DNA of 61,244 nt from an uncultured bacterium. GTDB taxonomy: Bacteria > Cyanobacteriota > Vampirovibrionia > Gastranaerophilales > Gastranaerophilaceae. Below the pieces are notes generated by a model, which was given only the letters and a program-made list of their open reading frames with translations, had not been told where the DNA came from and made no database searches. Below are positions 16,695 through 25,263 of the stretch, in pieces. The stretch lies in contig URHD01000001.1 in NCBI GenBank assembly GCA_900547585.1, forward strand, positions 1-61,244. Reading direction: 5' to 3'. Positions within the stretch are counted from its first letter, which is position 1, and every line of letters starts with the position of its first letter. A program made the position numbers and the translations under genes.

Positions 16695-19148
16695 CTAAAA
16701 TTTCTTAAGGTTTGAATAAGCCGCATCAACAGCCTTTTTGCCCTGTTTTCCAAAATCGATTATGTACATTGTGGAAGAACCAATCGCTTTTATTTCTTCA
16801 ATATGCCCGATTCCGAACCGTTCATGGAAAATTCTGTCGCCCTGCGCAAAAAATTTTCCGCCGGAGATTGTTTCATTGGAAGAATCAGCAAGCTCTCGTT
16901 CTTTTTTGCGTTTTTCCTCGAGCATTCGCTTTATCGGGTTGTCCTCGAGCAGTTTTTTGACTTTTTCTTCGTCGTTTGCCTTGTTTTGAGCACTTTTTAC
17001 AATAAACGGTTCTCTTTTATGCGTAATCTGCGGTTTTACGACTTTGCTGATATTTTGCGTGTTTTGATATGGCTTTGGTGCAACAAACCCCTTACCGAAC
17101 CCCGATGACGGGCGCACATAACCCGATTGGTCGGTTTTGATTTTTTCAACTGCGCTTCTGAATGTTGCGGTTGATTGGGTGGTTTCTTCGCTTACGTGGC
17201 GTTCGGTCAATGAATCCGGAATTTCCTGCAAAAAGCGGCTCGGGCTATAATATCTTGTTTCGCCCCACATCTGGCGCCGTTTTGCGTAGGTTATCCAGAG
17301 TTTTTCCTCTGCTCTGGTGACGCCAACGTACATCAGTCGGCGTTCTTCTTCCATCTCAGTGTTCGTGTTGAGCGAGCGGCTGTGCGGGAATATGCCTTCT
17401 TCAAGACCTGCAAGGAAAATATTCTTAAATTCAAGCCCTTTCGCCGCATGAAGCGTCATCAGAGTAACCGAATTGTCAATATCTGCGGTCGCATCCAAAT
17501 CGCTGACCAGAGCGACCTGCGCAAGGAATTCACCGAGCACATTTTCCGGCTCATCCGGCTGAAATTCGCGGGCAACATTAATTAATTCCTGCAAGTTTTC
17601 GATTCTTGACTGAGATTCTTCGGTATCCTCCTCTTTGAGCTCCCTCAAATACCCGGAATCCTCAATTACCGTCGCGATAAACTCCGGCAGTGGCAGTGCA
17701 TTCTTCTTTTCAGCGAGCGAGGCGTAGAGATTCACGAATTCTTTGAGTTTTGACTTCGCTGCCGCCTTAATTTCCTCATAGGAATCAATATCGCTCATCA
17801 CCTCAAACAGCGAAAGGTTGTTTTCGTCCGCGATTTTCTCGATATTTTGCACGGTTGTGTTGCCGATTGAGCGTTTCGGCACATTTATAATTCTTTTCAA
17901 GCTCTGCGAATCATGCGGGTTATAAAGAAGCTTCAAATATGCGATTAAATCCTTGATTTCCTTACGGTCATAGAATTTCAAGCCCCCGACCATTTTGTAA
18001 GAAATCCCATGGGCAATCAGGGCTTCTTCGATAGCTCTTGACTGGGAATTTGTGCGGTAAAGAACCGCAATATCGCTCAATTTATCAGAAATATCGCCGA
18101 TTTTGTTTGCAATGTAATTTGCTTCGTTCGCTTCGTCCTGAGCCTCGTAAATAACGATTTTTTCGCCTTTTCCTTTTGTAGAAAAGAGATTTTTGCTTAC
18201 GCGCTCGGTATTATTGACGATTATTGCGTTTGCGGCATCAAGAATCGTCGAAACCGAACGGTAATTTTGTTCAAGTTTGATTAATTTTGTATTTTTAAAA
18301 TCCACCTGAAATCCGAGGATAATTTTGTAATCCGCCCCGCGCCAGCTGTAAATCGACTGGTCAACATCACCCACAACGCACAAACTGCGGTCAGAAAGCT
18401 CGGATTCTGCGCGATTGTTCGCATAAATCGATTTTATAAGCGTATATTGGCTTATGTTTGTGTCCTGAAACTCATCGACAAGGATATGCGTGAATCGTTC
18501 ATGGTATTTTTGCCTTACTTCGTCGTTTGTGCTCAAAAGATTAACCGTCAAAAGGAGCATGTCGTCAAAATCTATGGCATTGTTCGCCTGAAGCTGTTTT
18601 TCGTAATCCTCATAGATTTCAGAAATTTTTTGTGTGCGATAATCACGCGCTCTGGTCGAAAAAGTGTACGCATCCTGCATTTTTGACTTTGCATTGCTGA
18701 TTGCGGCTTTTACGAGCTTGGGTTGATAGACTTTTTCATCGAGGTTTTGTTTTTTAATTGCCCCCTTAATCAGTGCCATCGAATCGTTTTCATCGTAGAT
18801 TACATAGTTGTTTGTCCAGACTTTTCCGTCGGGGCTTTTGTAATTTTCAATATCAAATCTCAAAATTCTGCCGCAAATACTGTGAAAAGTTCCGACCCAC
18901 ATCTTTTTTACAACATCTTCGCCGAGCATTTTAGAAAGACGCTCGCGCATTTCTTTTGCAGCCTTGTTTGTAAAGGTTACGGCGAGGATTTTGTACGGGC
19001 TTATTCCGGATTTGACAAGATTCACGATTCTGCTGGTCAAAACCTTTGTTTTTCCGCTTCCTGCGCCCGCAAGCACAAGGAGGCTTCCGTATTTTTCAAC
19101 AACGGCTTCGCGTTGTTTTTCATTTAGCTGCTGTAAAAACTCTTCCAT
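16695..19148 (-). CDS. pcrA: ATP-dependent DNA helicase PcrA/UvrD family
   Basis: SF1 motifs (LNEKQREAV, AGAGSGKT, TFTNKAA, VDEFQDTN, GDVDQSIYSWRGA, YRTNSQSR, MTLHAAKGLEF, YVGVTRA) plus a C-terminal Tudor-like tail. ATG at 19148 with GGGGAG upstream. Confidence 0.9.
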   Translation of the reverse strand: MEEFLQQLNEKQREAVVEKYGSLLVLAGAGSGKTKVLTSRIVNLVKSGISPYKILAVTFTNKAAKEMRERLSKMLGEDVVKKMWVGTFHSICGRILRFDIENYKSPDGKVWTNNYVIYDENDSMALIKGAIKKQNLDEKVYQPKLVKAAISNAKSKMQDAYTFSTRARDYRTQKISEIYEDYEKQLQANNAIDFDDMLLLTVNLLSTNDEVRQKYHERFTHILVDEFQDTNISQYTLIKSIYANNRAESELSDRSLCVVGDVDQSIYSWRGADYKIILGFQVDFKNTKLIKLEQNYRSVSTILDAANAIIVNNTERVSKNLFSTKGKGEKIVIYEAQDEANEANYIANKIGDISDKLSDIAVLYRTNSQSRAIEEALIAHGISYKMVGGLKFYDRKEIKDLIAYLKLLYNPHDSQSLKRIINVPKRSIGNTTVQNIEKIADENNLSLFEVMSDIDSYEEIKAAAKSKLKEFVNLYASLAEKKNALPLPEFIATVIEDSGYLRELKEEDTEESQSRIENLQELINVAREFQPDEPENVLGEFLAQVALVSDLDATADIDNSVTLMTLHAAKGLEFKNIFLAGLEEGIFPHSRSLNTNTEMEEERRLMYVGVTRAEEKLWITYAKRRQMWGETRYYSPSRFLQEIPDSLTERHVSEETTQSTATFRSAVEKIKTDQSGYVRPSSGFGKGFVAPKPYQNTQNISKVVKPQITHKREPFIVKSAQNKANDEEKVKKLLEDNPIKRMLEEKRKKERELADSSNETISGGKFFAQGDRIFHERFGIGHIEEIKAIGSSTMYIIDFGKQGKKAVDAAYSNLKKF

Positions 19149-19249
19149 GCTCCCCAACAAATTCCTAGTATTTTTAAAGAATATATGATATTATTATGAT
19201 AATCAAAAAATTTTGTGAAGTAAAATATTTAATTTAATAGGAAAAACAA

Positions 19250-19810
19250 ATGTCAGACGAGAAAGAAAAACAACCAACGATTATGGTTCCGGCAGATGAT
19301 TTGGATACTGTTTCTGAAGAAGATGCAAACACAGTTGACCAGCTAGCGATGGAGCTTGCTACTATCAGGCAATCAGCTAAACGTATAGCCATCATAGGAA
19401 GCAGAAACCTCCCTATCACCCATCAGCAGCTCATTGAAACCATTTCTGCGGCGCTTGTTTCTCAAGGCAATACGATTATAACCTCAGGCGGTTCTAGCGG
19501 AACAAACGCAGCCGCAATCAGAGGCGCAATGAAGTCAAATCCTGATAAATTAAAGGTTATTCTTCCTCAAACAATCGGTCAGCAGCCTTCTGACGTTCAA
19601 GATCAGCTCATCGGTGTTCCGAATATCATTGAACACGCAGACAGAGCAATGATGACCCTCGCTGACGCTAGCAGAATCTGCAACAGAGAGATTATTGATG
19701 ACTGCCAGCAATTGATTTGCTTCCTTTCTCATACCTCAAACACGCTCCACAAGGCGATTGAGTACGCAAAAGAAAGTCACAAGGTTATTACTTCCTTTTA
19801 TCTCGATTAA
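19250..19810 (+). CDS. stand-alone DprA/Smf-like Rossmann (SLOG-type) domain protein with acidic N-terminal tail
   Basis: IAIIGSRNLPITHQQLIETISAALVSQGNTIITSGGSSGTNAAAIRGAM resembles the DprA core (VGSR...G..vVSG.A.GiD..AH.gAL). No SAM or winged-helix domains. Confidence 0.5.
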   Translation: MSDEKEKQPTIMVPADDLDTVSEEDANTVDQLAMELATIRQSAKRIAIIGSRNLPITHQQLIETISAALVSQGNTIITSGGSSGTNAAAIRGAMKSNPDKLKVILPQTIGQQPSDVQDQLIGVPNIIEHADRAMMTLADASRICNREIIDDCQQLICFLSHTSNTLHKAIEYAKESHKVITSFYLD

Positions 19811-19883
19811 GGAATAATTAAAAAAAAGGGCCTTTAAAAAGGCTCTTTTTTTATTTTAACAAGCTTGTGGTAAGGTTAATATT

Positions 19884-20609
19884 ATGAACACGCTGAAAAA
19901 CGACCTGCAAAAGACAGGAAAAATTTACAGAGAGCTGTTTTTAAAGGCATCTCAGGCAATTGACGCAAAGCTTTATGCATTAAAAAAGAATTCTTTATGC
20001 AATCATTGCACGAAAAATTGCGTAATTGACCCGGAAAATCTTGATTTGTTCACAAAACTTCCGCCTGAATGCGGCATGCGTTTCTGGCAGGAAGCAGCAA
20101 AAAATCTGCTTGAAGATGGGATTTCTAAAGATATTCTGGCAAAAATTAACGCAATAAACGCAAAACGTAATAATTCTCATTGCTCAATGTGCGCGTCCTG
20201 CTGCAACCTTGCGAGTTCGGAGTTCAGTTATGAAGAATTAAAGCAAAAAGCTCAAAACGGCGACAAATTTGCAGCCGAGTTTGTGAGTATATTCGTTCCT
20301 TACGCTTCTTCTGATGAAGCAGCAGCGATTTATCCGGAATATGTTGCCCTGATTAAAGAACAATTTCCGCAAGACAAAAAAATAAGTTTTTATCACTGCC
20401 CGAAAGTCGGCGCGGACAATCTTTGCTCGGATTATGAAAATCGCCCGCTGATTTGCAGAGATTTTCCGTCAAATCCGCTCGTTGTTTTCCCGCCAAAATG
20501 TTCATATCGAAAATGGAAAGATGAAGTCGAAATTACGGCGCTTTTGCTGCATGCGATGGTGGAAATTGTCGGGTTTTATAAGGATAAATTGAACGAAGCG
20601 CTGCTTTGA
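19884..20609 (+). CDS. YkgJ-family (CxxCxxCC) Zn/Fe cysteine-cluster protein
   Basis: HCSMCASCCN motif plus the downstream pattern CPKVGADNLCSDYENRPLICRDFP, typical of UPF0153/YkgJ. Confidence 0.7.
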   Translation: MNTLKNDLQKTGKIYRELFLKASQAIDAKLYALKKNSLCNHCTKNCVIDPENLDLFTKLPPECGMRFWQEAAKNLLEDGISKDILAKINAINAKRNNSHCSMCASCCNLASSEFSYEELKQKAQNGDKFAAEFVSIFVPYASSDEAAAIYPEYVALIKEQFPQDKKISFYHCPKVGADNLCSDYENRPLICRDFPSNPLVVFPPKCSYRKWKDEVEITALLLHAMVEIVGFYKDKLNEALL

Positions 20610-20686
20610 GCCGAATATAACGGTATCTGAATCCGTTTCAGGATTCAAGAAAGTGAAAAAAGCAAATCGTACAATTTATCAAAAGA

Positions 20687-20766
20687 GAAAGTATAAATAT
20701 ATATTTTTAGGAACGTAAAAGCGGCTTTAGCCCGTTCCGGTCCTAAAAATATATGTTTATGCTTTC
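20687..20766. repeat. 80-nt palindromic hairpin element (26-29 bp AT-rich arms, GC-containing tip)
   Basis: The left arm is GAAAGTATAAATATATATTTTTAGGAACG. The right arm reverse-complements to CGTTCC-GGTCCTAAAAATATATGTTTATGCTTTC. Both arm mismatches are T opposite G, so they are G-U compatible only in a plus-strand RNA. Confidence 0.7.
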
Positions 20767-20845
20767 ACTGCCACAAAAAACAATTTTCTCAACCGCCAGC
20801 CCCTCTGAACCAGCAGCCATTTCGACATATTTTTGCTACAGGAAA

Positions 20846-20875
20846 TAAAAAAGACCCCTTGCGAGGTCTTTTTTG
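20846..20875. terminator. bidirectional rho-independent terminator (serves the rpaB-like gene and possibly the ykgJ-like gene)
   Basis: AAAAAAGACC-CCTTGCGA-GGTCTTTTTT: an A-run, a GC stem and a T-run. Confidence 0.7.
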
Positions 20876-20881
20876 ATTTTT

Positions 20882-21628
20882 TTAAGAAATTCTCTGGAAC
20901 ATATATCCGATTCCGCGTGCTGTAAGAATCAATTCGGGATTTGCGGGGTCGGTTTCGAGTTTTGAACGCAATCTTGAAATATGAACGTCAACAACTCTTG
21001 TGTCAATACGATGATCCGGCGGATATGCCCATACATATTGAAGAATTTCGTTTCTTGAATATGCCTGACCGGAATTGTTTACAAGAAGCTCCAAAAGGCT
21101 GAATTCCATACCGGTGAGGCGGATTCTTTCGTTCTTTCTGAAAACCTGTCTTCTTGCAGTGTCGATTTTAATATTTCCCGTTGTAATAACGTTTTTAGTA
21201 ACTTTTCCGGTAGACGGAGCGATTTCTCTGTTTGTTGTTCTTCTTAAAATGGTTTTTACACGGGCTTCAAGCTCTTTGGGGCTGAAAGGTTTAACAACAT
21301 AGTCATCAGCACCGAGTTCAAGACCCGTAATTCTTTCAGAAACATCACCTAACGCAGTAAGGATGATAATCGGAACATCCGAGGTTCTGCGAACTTCGCG
21401 GCAAACGCCGTAACCATCCATTTTCGGCATCATAACATCTAAAATAATTAAATCAGGATTTTCTTTATTAAACATTGCGACAGCTTCTTCACCGTCAGCC
21501 GCTGTAACAACGTCATAGCCTATCATTCCGAGCCTTGTTTCAAGAATTCTTCTGATACTGGCTTCGTCGTCGGCTATCAAAATTTTTTGTTTTACTTCTT
21601 GTTCGGGAACTTCAGTGTTTGGGCTCAT
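20882..21628 (-). CDS. rpaB: OmpR-family response regulator, RpaB/Ycf27-like
   Basis: The long stretch ADDEASIRRILETRLGMIGYDVVTAADGEEA...PDLIILDVMMPKMDGYGVC...DVPIIILTALGDVSERITGLELGADDYVVKPFSPKELEAR closely matches the cyanobacterial/plastid RpaB/Ycf27 sequence as I recall it. Confidence 0.8.
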   Translation of the reverse strand: MSPNTEVPEQEVKQKILIADDEASIRRILETRLGMIGYDVVTAADGEEAVAMFNKENPDLIILDVMMPKMDGYGVCREVRRTSDVPIIILTALGDVSERITGLELGADDYVVKPFSPKELEARVKTILRRTTNREIAPSTGKVTKNVITTGNIKIDTARRQVFRKNERIRLTGMEFSLLELLVNNSGQAYSRNEILQYVWAYPPDHRIDTRVVDVHISRLRSKLETDPANPELILTARGIGYMFQRIS

Positions 21629-21748
21629 TTTTCAATTCCTGCTTTCTTTTCCGTTTGTCTAAAAAAAATTTGTAATGTCACTTCAAATTAGCTTAACAAT
21701 ATTACAAATTATTGATTTTTTTTAAATTATATTACAAGAATTTATAAA

Positions 21749-21777
21749 TTGCAATAGATTTTTAATGGTGCTATAAA
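21749..21777 (+). promoter_or_regulatory. candidate thrS promoter TTGCAA-17 nt-(TGc)TATAAA
   Basis: -35 at 21749-21754, 17-nt spacer, TGC-extended -10 at 21769-21777, about 78 nt upstream of the thrS ATG. Confidence 0.45.
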
Positions 21778-21854
21778 GGTATTAAGGGCGAAGACCCCCG
21801 TGCACATTCACAAGGTTGGTGATTGAGTACAGATAAAAAAGAAAGAGGAAAAAG

Positions 21855-23801
21855 ATGTCAAACATTGAGGTAATTCTACCCGACAATTCAAAAATCAGCG
21901 TAGAGGAAAACTCCACGGGTATGGATTTAGCAAAAAAAATCAGCGAAGGGCTTGCCAGAAACGCAATGGCAATAGAAATTAACGGAACAACGAAAAGCCT
22001 CACGACGACATTAAATAATGGCGATAAAGTTAAAATTTTAACTGCAAAAGACCCCGAATCGCTCCACGTTCTGCGCCATTCGACCTCTCACATCATGGCT
22101 CAGGCCGTTATAAGGCTGTTTCCGCAGGCAAAACTCGCAATCGGGCCCGCTATTGAAAACGGTTTTTATTACGATTTTGACCTTGAGGGGCATTCATTTA
22201 CAGAAGACGATTTGAGAAAAATCGAAGACGAAATGAAAAAAATTATCAAGGAAAAACATACTTTTGAAAAGTACGTTATCCCCGATGTTGATGCGCAAAT
22301 CGCGGAATTCAAATCGCAGGGTGAAATTTACAAGGCTGAGCTCCTTGAAGAACACAAAAACGACAATCCGACCCTTTACATCACAAAAGATAAAGACGGA
22401 AAACCTTGTTTTAACGACCTTTGCGCAGGCCCACATATTCCTGACACTTCGTTTATCAAAGCATTCAAACTTTTGAAAGTTGCAGGCGCATACTGGCGCG
22501 GAAACGAAAAAAACAAGATGCTCCAGCGAATTTACGCAACAGCTTTCTTAACAAAAGAAGATTTGGACAATTATTTGCATGTTCTTGAAGAAGCTGAAAA
22601 ACGCGACCACAGAAAACTCGGCACAAAGCTCGATTTGTTCTCGGTAAGAGAAGAAATCGGCGGCGGGCTTGTCCTGTGGCACCCGAATCTTGCTGTTGTG
22701 CGTGAAGAAATCGAAAACTACTGGAGAACCGAGCACAGAAAACGCGGATATGTAATCGTAAACACCCCGCAAATTGCAAAATCAAAACTCTGGGAGCTTT
22801 CGGGGCATATTGACCACTATCGCGAAAATATGTTCTTTATTGAGAAAGAAAATGAAGATGACGAACAGTTTATTGTAAAACCGATGAACTGCCCGTTCCA
22901 TATTCTCATTTATCAGGCAAACCGCCACTCTTACCGTTCTTTGCCGCTTCGAATGGCTGAGCTCGGAACGGTTTATCGAAAAGAAAAATCCGGTGCGCTT
23001 GCAGGTTTGACCCGCGTTCAGGGCTTTACGCAGGACGATGCGCACGTTTTCTGTACGCCCGAGCAGCTTGTCGATGAAATCAACGCAATTATTGACTTTG
23101 TTGCCGATACAATGGCGATTTTCAAGATGGATTTTGAAGTTGAGCTCTCAACCCGTCCCGAAAGCTACGTAGGCGAGCTTGAAAATTGGAACAGAGCAGA
23201 AGCCGGTTTAAAAGAAGCAATGGACAGACGCGGAATGAAATACGAAATCAACGAGGGCGACGGCGCATTCTACGGCCCGAAAATCGACTTCAAAGTCAAA
23301 GACGCAATCGGCAGAACATGGCAATGTGCAACGATTCAGCTCGATTTCAACCTGCCTGAACGTTTCGACATCAAATATCAGGACAAAGACGGGCTGATGA
23401 AAACTCCGGTTATGCTTCACAGGGTAATTTTCGGTTCTATGGAACGTTTTCACGGCATTCTTATTGAGCATTATGCCGGCGCATTCCCGCTCTGGCTTGC
23501 TCCTACGCAGGTTGCGGTTGTTCCGATTACGGAAAAACATGCTGATTATGCAGAGAAAGTTTACAAAAAGCTTTTTGCTGACGGAATCCGCGTAAACCTC
23601 GACGACCGCTCTGAAAGTGTAAATTACAAAATCAGAGAGGCAATTCAGGACAAAAAAGTGCCCTATGTTGTCGTCGTAGGCGACAAGGAAATCGAAAGCG
23701 GCTCTGTTGCGGTAAGAAAACGCGGCGAAGGCCCGATTGGAACATTCAAACTCGAAGAATTCGCTGAAAAACTCAAACAGGAAATCAAAGACAGAGTTTA
23801 A
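21855..23801 (+). CDS. thrS: threonyl-tRNA synthetase
   Basis: TGS domain, editing-domain HxxxH (RHSTSHIMAQA), class II motifs (FRxE-like YRKEKSGALAGLTRVQGFTQDDAHVF, GSMERF) and a C-terminal anticodon-binding domain. Confidence 0.95.
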   Translation: MSNIEVILPDNSKISVEENSTGMDLAKKISEGLARNAMAIEINGTTKSLTTTLNNGDKVKILTAKDPESLHVLRHSTSHIMAQAVIRLFPQAKLAIGPAIENGFYYDFDLEGHSFTEDDLRKIEDEMKKIIKEKHTFEKYVIPDVDAQIAEFKSQGEIYKAELLEEHKNDNPTLYITKDKDGKPCFNDLCAGPHIPDTSFIKAFKLLKVAGAYWRGNEKNKMLQRIYATAFLTKEDLDNYLHVLEEAEKRDHRKLGTKLDLFSVREEIGGGLVLWHPNLAVVREEIENYWRTEHRKRGYVIVNTPQIAKSKLWELSGHIDHYRENMFFIEKENEDDEQFIVKPMNCPFHILIYQANRHSYRSLPLRMAELGTVYRKEKSGALAGLTRVQGFTQDDAHVFCTPEQLVDEINAIIDFVADTMAIFKMDFEVELSTRPESYVGELENWNRAEAGLKEAMDRRGMKYEINEGDGAFYGPKIDFKVKDAIGRTWQCATIQLDFNLPERFDIKYQDKDGLMKTPVMLHRVIFGSMERFHGILIEHYAGAFPLWLAPTQVAVVPITEKHADYAEKVYKKLFADGIRVNLDDRSESVNYKIREAIQDKKVPYVVVVGDKEIESGSVAVRKRGEGPIGTFKLEEFAEKLKQEIKDRV

Positions 23802-23820
23802 TTTCAAAATATCAACAAAG

Positions 23821-23856
23821 AAAAGCCGGCAGATATAATAAACTGCCGGCTTTTTA
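23821..23856. terminator. bidirectional rho-independent terminator between thrS and the convergent 93-aa gene
   Basis: AAAAGCCGGCAG-N10-CTGCCGGCTTTTT. Confidence 0.8.
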
Positions 23857-23892
23857 TGACCGAAAAACAATTATTAAAGTTTTTCAGTATTA

Positions 23893-24174
23893 TCAGTTTT
23901 TGTCAGACCTGATATTGAATAGATTGGAGAAAAATCCTAAAATTTCGTTCCTTTCTGACTTCCGGGATTGCGAGTTGATACTTTGCATAACATCCGTTTC
24001 CGCGTCGTAGTTTTCGCTCCAGATATTGGAGGATTTTTGAACAGTTTCTGTGTTTTGTGAGGAAAGAAGCTGCATGTCCTGAGGTATGTAGGCGCCTCTT
24101 GTTTTGCTTACATAGTTGTAGCGTGCAAAAGGATTGTAATAGTTCGCCGGATTTATCATATTCATATTGCTCAT
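23893..24174 (-). CDS. small hypothetical protein, 93 aa, Asn/Ser/Tyr-rich
   Basis: ORF in track bracketed by a terminator. Low-complexity composition, so coding status is uncertain. Confidence 0.4.
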   Translation of the reverse strand: MSNMNMINPANYYNPFARYNYVSKTRGAYIPQDMQLLSSQNTETVQKSSNIWSENYDAETDVMQSINSQSRKSERNEILGFFSNLFNIRSDKN

Positions 24175-24321
24175 ATTTTTTTTATAATGATATTGTTTTC
24201 GGGGTCAAAAAATTGAAAATATTTTTTAACAAAAGTTTACATTATTGCAGATTTAGCGCAAGCGGTACCCTCTCACCCCACCTTTTCCAGCCGGGAGGGG
24301 AATTTGTGGTATAATCGGGTT

Positions 24322-25236
24322 ATGGGAGTAAATGAATTATCAAAAAGCTATTTAAGGGATTTTTGTGTCTATCTTGAAGTTGAGAGGAATTTTTCTCAAC
24401 ATACAATCCGTGCATACAATTCAGACATCCTCGCTTACCTTATCTGGCTCGGCGAAACGCCCGCAGCGAGCGTAAATCACGCAAAAGTCAAAGAATATCT
24501 CCTTTTTATTCAAAAATTCAACTACTCTAAAACCTCGCTCTCGCGAAAAATCTCCGCAATACGCACTTTTTACCGCTATTTATACAGAGAACGGGTCGTG
24601 GAGAGCAATCCGATTAACAGCATCCATTCTCCCAAAAAGTCAAAAAGCCTGCCGAAATTCTTATCAGGCGGGGAAATTGAGCAGATTTTGAACAACATAA
24701 AAATCGATACACCGGCAGGTTACAGAAACAGAGCGATTCTGGAGCTTTTGTATGCAACGGGCATGCGCGTTTCCGAGCTGAGCAATTTAAATTTTGAAAA
24801 TCTGAACCTTGAAGAAAACGAAATAACTGTTTTTGGAAAAGGCAGCAAAGAAAGGATTGTGCTGGTTTCTAACAGGGCGAAAGATTTTCTTGAAAAATAC
24901 ATAAAATTCGCAAGAAACATGGTCACAGAACGCCCAGGCGAGCTAAAATCCGACGGTACAAGCCCCGTTTTCATAAACAAAACCGGTTTCAGGCTCCAGC
25001 CGCAGACTATCAGAATGGTTTTGAAGGAAATTGTTCACAAAATCGAACTTCCCAAAGTCGTAACGCCGCATGTTTTCCGCCATAGCTTTGCAACAAAACT
25101 GCTCGAAAAAGGCGCGGATTTGAGGGTTGTTCAGGAGCTTTTGGGGCATGCAAGCATTAGCAACACACAGATTTACACCCACGTATCGACAGAACGGTTG
25201 AAAATGGTGTATGATAAAACACATCCGAGGGCGTAA
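24322..25236 (+). CDS. tyrosine site-specific recombinase XerC/XerD family
   Basis: N-terminal SAM-like core-binding domain and the catalytic R...HxxR...Y pattern (ATGMRVSEL, HVFRHSFATKLLEKGADLRVVQELLGHASISNTQIYTHV). ATG at 24322. Confidence 0.85.
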   Translation: MGVNELSKSYLRDFCVYLEVERNFSQHTIRAYNSDILAYLIWLGETPAASVNHAKVKEYLLFIQKFNYSKTSLSRKISAIRTFYRYLYRERVVESNPINSIHSPKKSKSLPKFLSGGEIEQILNNIKIDTPAGYRNRAILELLYATGMRVSELSNLNFENLNLEENEITVFGKGSKERIVLVSNRAKDFLEKYIKFARNMVTERPGELKSDGTSPVFINKTGFRLQPQTIRMVLKEIVHKIELPKVVTPHVFRHSFATKLLEKGADLRVVQELLGHASISNTQIYTHVSTERLKMVYDKTHPRA

Positions 25237-25263
25237 AATCCTGAATTTGAGAGAGGTATCTTT

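Noticed and set aside
21629-21854. T-box leader or tRNA-mimic operator upstream of thrS (and likewise upstream of glyS, 31111..31272)
   Set aside because: I could not find the T-box sequence (AAUUAGGGUGGUACCGCG-like), a specifier loop or an antiterminator/terminator pair. The leaders are short and AT-rich.
22194-23870. Multiple long antisense or alternate-frame ORFs inside thrS. The same occurs inside feoB, pcrA, uvrA, glyS, glgP, clpX, tig, the amidase gene and the 719-aa gene.
   Set aside because: All lie within genes that have unambiguous family motifs on the other strand or frame. Their translations are low-complexity (F/L/R/S-rich) with no recognisable motifs. They are typical shadow ORFs.
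24322-25236. The tyrosine recombinase as the invertase or integrase responsible for the inverted-repeat modules
   Set aside because: Its sequence and size fit housekeeping XerC/XerD. It is >10 kb from every module and has no adjacent inverted repeats. I also found no dif-like 28-mer by eye. A link is not supported.
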